This document shows positions 38,058 through 45,178 of a stretch of 45,178 nt of DNA, piece after piece. The stretch lies in the NCBI GenBank assembly GCA_016783645.1, contig JADHWD010000002.1, positions 1 to 45,178 of the forward strand, given 5' to 3'. A program made the position numbers and the translations under genes. Under the pieces are notes generated by a model, which made no database searches, was not told the origin of the DNA, and worked only from the letters and a program-made list of their open reading frames with translations. How positions within the stretch are numbered: the first letter of the stretch is position 1; each line of letters starts with the position of its first letter. The stretch is from a bacterium. Its GTDB lineage: Bacteria; Electryoneota; Tariuqbacteria; Tariuqbacterales; JADHWD01.

Positions 38058-41000
38058 ATGCTCGTACGCAAATATATATATATTATCATCTTAACCGCAT
38101 TGAGCTTCGCGGTGAAAATCCAGGCTCAGCCGGAAGATTATCCCCATCCTAATTTAAAATGGTACACCATCGAGAGTGAACACTTTTTCGCGCATTACCA
38201 TGAAGGCGCGGAACGGGCGGCGAAGACCTGTGTCAAAATCGGCGAAGATATTTACGAGCCCATCACCAAATTATATGGATATGAGCCTGATACCAAGATA
38301 CATTTTTTGATAAAAGACACCGATGATTATTCCAACGGCGGCGCTTATTACTATGATAATAAAATATTGATATGGGCGACGGCGTTAGATTGGGATCTGC
38401 GCGGCACTCACAATTGGTTAAGAAATGTAGTCACCCACGAATTCAGCCACATGATACAATTAGGCGCTTCCCGCAAACTGCCCCGTAGATTCCCCGGAAT
38501 CTACCTGCAATGGCTGAATTATGAAGAGGAGAAGCGTCCCGATGTGCTTTACGGCTATCCTAATGTGCTGATGTCCTATCCCATCGCCATGACCGTGATT
38601 CCGCCTTGGTTCGCTGAAGGATGCGCTCAGAGTCAAGCTCCCGGATTCGATTATGACACTTGGGACAGCCACCGCGATATGATACTGCGGACGCGGGCGC
38701 TGACCGGGACTCTGCTCTCCTTGAATGAGATGGGCGCTTACGGTAAAAACACGGTGGGAAATGAATCGGTATATAACCAGGGATATTCCCTCACGCAGTA
38801 TATTATAAAGCGCTGGGGAGATGATGCGCTGCAGCGGATCTCCGCCAATATGAAAGCGCCCTTGAATTATTCCTTCAGCAACGCTATAGAAAAAGCTATC
38901 GGATTGACCGATAAGCAATTATATAAGGCATGGAAGGATTCACTGGAAAAGTATTATACTGAAACTACCGCTTCCATCTCGAAGAGTCTTTATACCGGAG
39001 CGAAAATTGGGACAGAAGGTTACGGTAATTTCTATCCGGCTTTCATCAATGATATAGAGATTGTTTATCTGTCCAACAAGGGGCGTGATTATATGTCCAT
39101 CACCAGCCTTTATAAGATGGACCTCACCACCGGAAAGAGCGAATTGTTGAAGAGCGGCGTTCAATCGCGCCCGGCCGTTTCACCCGATGGTGAATGGCTT
39201 GCATACTCCCGCAAGACTGTAACTCATAGAGCGCATCTTAACGACCTTTATCTATTCAATCTGGCGGATGAGAAGGAATATCGTATGACGACCGGGGCGC
39301 GGGCGGAATCGCCAGCATTTTCACCGGATGGAAAATCTATCGCCTTTGTCCTGAACTGGGGAGGCACTAAAAACTTGGCAGTGGCGGAACTGCCGGAATT
39401 GACCGGAAAAAATATACCTCAAATTGAAAGCTGGCGGATTATCACCGATTTTAATGACGGCGAGCAGATATATAATCCTGTCTATTCTCCCGACGATTCG
39501 TCAATAGTATTCGCCTTTTCCGATCGTTTTTCGCGGGATATCGGCGAAATATCAACGGAAGGCGGCAAAATCAATTGGATTCTCAACAGTGAAGCCGATG
39601 AAAGAAATCCGTCATTCACACCGGACGGCAAAGGATTGCTCTATTCCAGCGATAAAACCGGAATATATAATTTATACCGGTTAGATTTGGCATCCGGTGA
39701 AGAGACATTGTTGACCAATGTTTTAGGCGGCGCTTTCATGGGGAATATGTCCGATAGCGGGATGCTGGTCTACAGCGGTTACTGCGACAACGGCTATTAT
39801 ATTTATCTGATAAACACACCGGAGCCGCAGAATTCCAAATTCGCTTTATATGAGCGTGATTTCGAGCAAAATATTCCCATACCCCAATTCAATGACCATC
39901 ATTTACCGGATTATAAAATCGACCGGTATAAGCCCGCTTTCGGCATCACATTTTTACTGCCGCGGCTGATGGTGGATTTGAGTAGTTTCAAGCCGGGATT
40001 GTATTTCTATAAGACTGACTTTTTAGACTGGTTCAATCTTTTCGGAGGATTTTCCTTCAACGGTATCACGGAAGATCCAAAATTCTGGTACGGGGTGACT
40101 CATCTGAATATGAATTATCTGGGCGATTACGATATGTTCGCCATGATCGAATATGTCAATATCAATCCCACGATTTTCCTCGAAGGCTACAATGTGGTGC
40201 GCAACTCCGAGCAGACATTTTTAAATGATATCGGCGGCGGCGCCCGCATCATCGGCGAAACGCCGGAACACGAGCCGATATACGATGACTACGCTATCGA
40301 TTATAAGTTTTCTCTCAACGAAGTTGACGGCGGTTTCCGTTATCAGTTGAACGACAAAGATAACTTGGAACTGCGGGGCATTATTTCCCGGTATAACTCC
40401 AAATTGACTTTCGATGACGGCGCCGTATTCAACTATTACTATTTCAAAGGCAAAAGCCTGGCTTTAAGGTGGCGCTCCGACCAGCGGATACCGGCGATGG
40501 ATATGGATATCAATCCCCGCATGGGCCGCCAGGTGATCGCCGAAATTGCCCGCGAAAACAACGATTTCATCGACGGATTCACTGTCGATGCCGGATTAAT
40601 CAAGGAAGTTTACATCCCCTACAACTACGGACGCTATTCACTGCAGTGGGAAGAATACTTGAAATCCCCCTTGGGAGACATGCATGGGATCACATTGAGG
40701 GCGAACGCCGCATTCTTAGACCAGAATAATGTGGACGACTTCTTCTATTTATACGGCGGCGGACTGCCGGGGATGAAGGGCTATTCTTTCTACAGTTTAG
40801 GCGGCACCCGAAATTTCATCGGAACATTAACTTACCGCTTCCCCTTGCTGTGTCGAGGGGGTCCGAGGATTTTACAGGCTTATCTCCAGCGGGCATATTT
40901 GGGATTGTTCATGGATTATGGCAACGCCTGGACGGGCGATGTGGATTTCGCCGATTGGAAGAAGGATATAGGGGTGAACCTGCGGATGCAGTTAGTCTCA

Positions 41001-41177
41001 TTCTTCGCTTTTCCCACCGCAGTGACACTGGAAGCCGCATACGGATTGGATAAATTCAGCGTATCTCAGCAGGGATTTGAAGGAACTTACGGCAAAGAAT
41101 GGCGCTATTATTTGACGGTGCTGTTCAATTTCAATATGATGCAGAGAGGAAGAACCGTTAGGAATATTGGGTTTTGA
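38058..41177 (+). CDS. Exported protein: gluzincin-like domain, PD40/TolB propeller and Omp85/BamA-like barrel (start at ATG 38058)
   Basis: Signal peptide, VTHEFSH plus WFAEG, SPDG repeats, YLYGGGLPGMKGY and FMDYGNAW barrel-type motifs. Confidence 0.75.
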   Translation: MLVRKYIYIIILTALSFAVKIQAQPEDYPHPNLKWYTIESEHFFAHYHEGAERAAKTCVKIGEDIYEPITKLYGYEPDTKIHFLIKDTDDYSNGGAYYYDNKILIWATALDWDLRGTHNWLRNVVTHEFSHMIQLGASRKLPRRFPGIYLQWLNYEEEKRPDVLYGYPNVLMSYPIAMTVIPPWFAEGCAQSQAPGFDYDTWDSHRDMILRTRALTGTLLSLNEMGAYGKNTVGNESVYNQGYSLTQYIIKRWGDDALQRISANMKAPLNYSFSNAIEKAIGLTDKQLYKAWKDSLEKYYTETTASISKSLYTGAKIGTEGYGNFYPAFINDIEIVYLSNKGRDYMSITSLYKMDLTTGKSELLKSGVQSRPAVSPDGEWLAYSRKTVTHRAHLNDLYLFNLADEKEYRMTTGARAESPAFSPDGKSIAFVLNWGGTKNLAVAELPELTGKNIPQIESWRIITDFNDGEQIYNPVYSPDDSSIVFAFSDRFSRDIGEISTEGGKINWILNSEADERNPSFTPDGKGLLYSSDKTGIYNLYRLDLASGEETLLTNVLGGAFMGNMSDSGMLVYSGYCDNGYYIYLINTPEPQNSKFALYERDFEQNIPIPQFNDHHLPDYKIDRYKPAFGITFLLPRLMVDLSSFKPGLYFYKTDFLDWFNLFGGFSFNGITEDPKFWYGVTHLNMNYLGDYDMFAMIEYVNINPTIFLEGYNVVRNSEQTFLNDIGGGARIIGETPEHEPIYDDYAIDYKFSLNEVDGGFRYQLNDKDNLELRGIISRYNSKLTFDDGAVFNYYYFKGKSLALRWRSDQRIPAMDMDINPRMGRQVIAEIARENNDFIDGFTVDAGLIKEVYIPYNYGRYSLQWEEYLKSPLGDMHGITLRANAAFLDQNNVDDFFYLYGGGLPGMKGYSFYSLGGTRNFIGTLTYRFPLLCRGGPRILQAYLQRAYLGLFMDYGNAWTGDVDFADWKKDIGVNLRMQLVSFFAFPTAVTLEAAYGLDKFSVSQQGFEGTYGKEWRYYLTVLFNFNMMQRGRTVRNIGF

Positions 41178-41215
41178 TTAATAACTCCTAACCCGGACGA
41201 GCCGGAACTAAAAAG

Positions 41216-41304
41216 GAATATTGAACAAGGAACAAGGAATATCGAATTACGAATTCAACACGGTCATGAATATTTCGACATTCCTTGTTCGATATTCGTT
41301 ATTC
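41216..41304. repeat. Inverted heptamer arrays (GAACAAG-like / CTTGTTC-like) around a short spacer
   Basis: GAATATTGAACAAGGAA (41216-41232) versus TTCCTTGTTCGATATTC (41281-41297). Confidence 0.65.
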
Positions 41305-41358
41305 AAAACAATTTATTGAATAATATACATATTTCCAAATAAACACAGGGAGCATGAT

Positions 41359-42285
41359 ATGAGAATCATAATCATACTTGTGATTTTAACTTTGGCTTCA
41401 AGCCTGTTTGCGCAGGATGAGGCTGCATTGAATTACAATCAACAGGCTTTTCAATTGAGCCAAAAGTACTTATCCGCTTCGCAGGGCGGTGACAGTCAAC
41501 AGCCGTTGGCTTCTTCCAAACCCGAAGGCTGGAAATCCCCCGGTAAAGCTTTAATGCTGTCCGCAATTATGCCCGGCGCCGGTGAATTATACGCCGGTTC
41601 GCCTATAAAAGCCGCATTGTTCTTCGCGGTCGAAGTCGCCGCTTGGACCGGCGTGGCGATTTACCAAAAGGAGGGCAATGACAAGGAGAAAGAATATCAA
41701 AATTATGCCAATTCCCATTGGGACATTGACCTTTATCATGAATGGATGCGGAATTTCCCCACCTGGGGGGATTTCATCTCCGATTATCCGCAATATACCG
41801 ATCCTTCGACTATTCCTAATGAAATTTATAACCTCTTTGAAGAAGACAATAATTTCACCCACCAGCTGCCCAATACTGTGACTCAGCAGTATTACGAGAT
41901 GATCGGCAAATACATGACTCAGTTCGGTCCTGGATGGGATGATTCAGGATGGCAAAGTTCAACATCGCCTTATATACAGAACGAAGAGACGGAATCTTAT
42001 TATTGGCCCGGAATCGATCAGAATCCTGATCCTACGGTATCGGATTACTGGTTGAATACTAACAATGCCTATTTATATCAGGATATCCGCTATAAATCCA
42101 ACGAGGCTTTAGACAACGCCACTTTATTCGCCGAATTAGCGTTAATCAACCATGTAGTGTCGGCTTTGGACGCCGGATTCACCGTGCGATTGAAGAATAA
42201 GCGTCTGGAAACCGCGCTGAATGTCGAACCTCAGATGTATTGCGGGCATGCGATACCGATGGGTAAAATCACGGTGAACTGGTGA
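41359..42285 (+). CDS. Exported/membrane hypothetical protein, DUF5683-like
   Basis: Signal peptide; KSPGKALMLSAIMPGAGELYAG; YYEMIGKY; NHVVSALDA; GGGAG RBS. Confidence 0.7.
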   Translation: MRIIIILVILTLASSLFAQDEAALNYNQQAFQLSQKYLSASQGGDSQQPLASSKPEGWKSPGKALMLSAIMPGAGELYAGSPIKAALFFAVEVAAWTGVAIYQKEGNDKEKEYQNYANSHWDIDLYHEWMRNFPTWGDFISDYPQYTDPSTIPNEIYNLFEEDNNFTHQLPNTVTQQYYEMIGKYMTQFGPGWDDSGWQSSTSPYIQNEETESYYWPGIDQNPDPTVSDYWLNTNNAYLYQDIRYKSNEALDNATLFAELALINHVVSALDAGFTVRLKNKRLETALNVEPQMYCGHAIPMGKITVNW

Positions 42286-43280
42286 TTCTAATGAAAATCA
42301 TCCTTGAATATCTGAAGCGCTGTATGGTAAGGAAAATAATCCCCCTTAATCCCCCTTTAGAAAAGGGGGAAATATCGGATCATTCCCCTTTAAAAAAAGG
42401 GATAAATTTCCGTTCCAATTTTTCCAGAGGAAAAAATTTTTTCACCCCCTTTTCTAAAGAAAAATACCAATTTTCCCCCTTTTTTAAAGGGGGGAAGGGG
42501 GGATTACTTAAAATATATCCATCAAAGCTGCCCTTTTTATATAAACCGCTAACCGCGTTGATTGTTCTTATTCTATTTACCTTAACCGCCGCCGCTTCCG
42601 GACAGTTGAATTCGGAGGCTGGGAATTTGCAGGGAACACTCTTCACTATTAAGCGGACGACAGCGGAATTTGAATTGATGAAAGCAAAAAATTCGGCGGC
42701 TTCCCCAACCGGCGCTAATTTGAAAAAGCCGCGCCAGAAAGACGCCAAACCGCTCTTGCTTTCAGTTTTAATACCAGGCGCCGGGCAGTATTACAACGGT
42801 GACAAGAAAAAAGCGGCGGTTTTTTTCGGGATAGAATTGACGCTGTGGGGCGCAGTATATGGCATAAACGCTTACAGCGGATGGATAGAAGACGACTACA
42901 AGGCTTTCGCATTGCAGAACGCCGGCATAGATTTATCGGGGAAAGATCATCAGTACTTTGTGGATATCGGCAATTATATGAACCGCGAGCAGTTCAACGA
43001 TCAGCAGTTGATCGAACGCGATTATGATTCTATGTATCTCGATTCCGCTTATAACTGGCAGTGGGACAGCGATTCCGACCGGCAGAGATTCAAGGATCTC
43101 CGCATACGGTCGGATTCCATCAAGAACACCGTCTTTTTCGTCTCCGGAGCTATCGTGCTGAATCATCTGATATCGGGGATAGAAGCGGCTAAAAGCGCGG
43201 ATAAAAAGAATAAAATCAGCGCCGGAATAAGCTCCGGACCTAATGGAAGTAAAATGTTAACTATTATAAAGGAATTTTGA
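42282..43280 (+). CDS. DUF5683-like paralog; 5' part contains an in-frame palindromic repeat, start uncertain
   Basis: LLSVLIPGAGQYYNG; YFVDIGNY; NHLISGIEA. Confidence 0.7.
   Translation: MILMKIILEYLKRCMVRKIIPLNPPLEKGEISDHSPLKKGINFRSNFSRGKNFFTPFSKEKYQFSPFFKGGKGGLLKIYPSKLPFLYKPLTALIVLILFTLTAAASGQLNSEAGNLQGTLFTIKRTTAEFELMKAKNSAASPTGANLKKPRQKDAKPLLLSVLIPGAGQYYNGDKKKAAVFFGIELTLWGAVYGINAYSGWIEDDYKAFALQNAGIDLSGKDHQYFVDIGNYMNREQFNDQQLIERDYDSMYLDSAYNWQWDSDSDRQRFKDLRIRSDSIKNTVFFVSGAIVLNHLISGIEAAKSADKKNKISAGISSGPNGSKMLTIIKEF
42337..42506. repeat. TAATCCCCC...GGGGGATTA palindromic element inside a reading frame
   Basis: Same family as 8941-9162; translates as IIPLNPPLEKGE...SPFFKGGKGGL. Confidence 0.8.
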
Positions 43281-43281
43281 A

Positions 43282-44169
43282 TTGAAGAAGCTGTTAATAA
43301 CAGGCGCCAGCGGTCTTATAGGCCGCAGTTTGATGAAACATTGTCATAATCGATTTGATGTTATAGGCACATATAATACCACTGATTATAAACCCGATAA
43401 CAGCGTATTGAAAAAATTGAATTTGACCGATACCGCGGAGTTAGAACAATGCCTCGACGCTATCAATCCGGAAGTGGTGATTCATACTGCGGCTGTCAGC
43501 AGTATCAGCGGCTGTGAAAAAGACCCAAAGCTGACGGAGGAAGTCAATTACCGCGCTTCCGCTCAATTAGCCGCTTTCTGCGTCCGTAAAGATATCAGGT
43601 TGATATATTTATCCAGCGATATGGTTTTTAATGGCGTGAAGGGGAATTATTCCGAAGACGATGAACCCCATCCCATCAATCAATACGGCAAATCCAAATA
43701 CTCCGCCGAAGAAGCCATCAAGGGAATCTGCCAGAATTATGTGATCGCCAGATTGAATTTAGTCTACGGCAAAGGCGATGCGGTGAAGAAGTCTTTCACC
43801 GATGAACTGCTGATCGCTAACTGGAGCGGCAAAAGCTATCCAGTATTCAAGGATCAAGTCCGCAGTCCCATCTCATTGAACGCCGCCACCAGAGCTATAA
43901 GAGAATTGGCGGAAGGGAATTTTGAAGGCGTGTATCATCTGGGAGGATTAGAACCGATTAACCGCCTCGATTTCGCTAAAAAATTCATCTCTATGTTTCA
44001 TCTCGTTCCGGAGATTATCGAGGAGGCTGATGTGCCGGAAGAGCTGCAGGGCATCTATCCCATGAACACTTCCTTCGATGTTTCCAAAGCGAAGGGTGAT
44101 TTGAAAACGGTTCTGATGACTATCGAAGAGGGGCTTGATCTGGAATACGGCAAACCCCAAGTGCAGTAA
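43282..44169 (+). CDS. dTDP-4-dehydrorhamnose reductase-like SDR
   Basis: ITGASGLIG, LSSDMVFNG, PINQYGKSK (YxxxK) and DQVRSP motifs. Confidence 0.85.
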   Translation: MKKLLITGASGLIGRSLMKHCHNRFDVIGTYNTTDYKPDNSVLKKLNLTDTAELEQCLDAINPEVVIHTAAVSSISGCEKDPKLTEEVNYRASAQLAAFCVRKDIRLIYLSSDMVFNGVKGNYSEDDEPHPINQYGKSKYSAEEAIKGICQNYVIARLNLVYGKGDAVKKSFTDELLIANWSGKSYPVFKDQVRSPISLNAATRAIRELAEGNFEGVYHLGGLEPINRLDFAKKFISMFHLVPEIIEEADVPEELQGIYPMNTSFDVSKAKGDLKTVLMTIEEGLDLEYGKPQVQ

Positions 44170-44290
44170 TATTCCATAAAGCAAAAATCTCATATCAAAA
44201 ATCTAAAATCTTTATAGTTTTAATAGCCATAATAGCCAGTGAATCTTTTACCTTAATTACCTGTGAATCTTCATATTTTTAGCGGAAAAT

Positions 44291-45178
44291 TCACTTCATC
44301 ACCGCCACAACTTTATAAAACCGCATCTGATCATTCACAGAAACATCGAGAAAACTATCTTCCTCCGTGATTCCCAGCAGTACCGCGTTTTCCGGTTCAA
44401 AATGCGCTTGTGAAGACGAGTATATTCTGTATTCATAACCTTCCCGCTTCAGCCATTTCAAAAGATATCCGTCTTCCTGCCGGATAATCCTCAAATCGTC
44501 AGCAATTCCGCCTAATGTCTGCCCGGTAACCTCCATTTCCACCGGTAAGATCACTAACTGCTGTTCCGGGTCATTGGAATATAGAAATATATTAGTATTA
44601 TAAATTGTCGGGTACATATTCGCCGCGCTGGCGGTCACTAATATGGTGTCGATTTCATTCTCTTCCATACTGCCGGAGATGGGACTCAAGGATAACCAGG
44701 GTCTGACGATGTCAATTCTAAGGAGGTTGTGAACATAGTTGTTGTTGTGAGCGATAGTCAGACCATCATTTTTCTGTTGATTCTGAATACCGATGGTGGC
44801 GGAACTGACATTTCCCTCCATTTCATAATATTGCAGGGTTATCCTGCCCTCCCGCTGAAGGATATATTGGAATGTGTAAGTCCCCTGAACCGAAGTCCCA
44901 TAGTGATCAACTTCCAAGAAGCTCACCACCGTTGAATCGCTCCCGTTATTCCATATTAGTACTCTTCCATCGCCTGTCAGCGGGTCTAAGTCATCCCACC
45001 ATCCGGCGATGAGATTTTCCGGCGCGGAGGTGCTGGGAAGCTGTGTGTTGTTCCAAGCGTTAGAGTGGGAGGTGAAGCTTAACCATCCGTTAGCCGATAC
45101 AATCACCGTGGAAAAACTGCGGTTGTAGAATGGAAAGGAGAATCCCAAAGGCAGATCGGCGGAAGTGGAATCGTTATG
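44291..45178 (-). CDS. C-terminal part of a probable secreted protein (nidogen-like and Ig-like segments); continues beyond the window
   Basis: GFSFPFYN...SANGWLSF, IAGWWDDL, ATIGIQN, WLSLSPISG and SNDPE motifs; no stop seen upstream to the window edge. Confidence 0.7.
   Translation of the reverse strand, partial: HNDSTSADLPLGFSFPFYNRSFSTVIVSANGWLSFTSHSNAWNNTQLPSTSAPENLIAGWWDDLDPLTGDGRVLIWNNGSDSTVVSFLEVDHYGTSVQGTYTFQYILQREGRITLQYYEMEGNVSSATIGIQNQQKNDGLTIAHNNNYVHNLLRIDIVRPWLSLSPISGSMEENEIDTILVTASAANMYPTIYNTNIFLYSNDPEQQLVILPVEMEVTGQTLGGIADDLRIIRQEDGYLLKWLKREGYEYRIYSSSQAHFEPENAVLLGITEEDSFLDVSVNDQMRFYKVVAVMK

Noticed and set aside
1-45178. Autonomous transposase, integrase, RAYT, tRNA or rRNA genes
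   Set aside because: None recognisable in the ORF track or by reading the spacers.

Overview
Core-genome window from a Gram-negative bacterium, probably of the FCB superphylum (inferred from porU/porV and T9SS-type C-terminal domains). From left to right: a partial pseudaminic acid locus on the minus strand (5'-truncated pseB, pseC, pseG); a dcw cluster (mraZ-rsmH-ftsL-ftsI-murE-orf-murF-mraY-murD-ftsW-murG-orf-murC-murB-ftsQ-ftsA-ftsZ, with no ddl); a radical SAM gene and a Trm112-like gene; then porU, porV, an M6-like protein with a degenerate zinc motif, two tandem clan AA aspartic proteases, a gluzincin/PD40/Omp85-like protein, two DUF5683-like paralogs, an RfbD-like SDR, and the 3' end of a probable secreted protein on the minus strand. 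The most striking signal is non-coding. Many spacers contain nested mosaics of REP-like palindromes, MITEs and 7-9 bp tandem repeats. Many of these mosaics are packaged in a recurring cassette with a conserved left end (TAAACCCTCATG-hairpin-CATGAAAATAG) and right end (ATTTTCAnnnTAAA). These cassettes occur as tandem right|left junctions that fold on one strand like an integron attC site, and one copy shows a clean insertion footprint. No cognate recombinase or transposase is visible in the window. All alignments were done by eye and no database searches were run.
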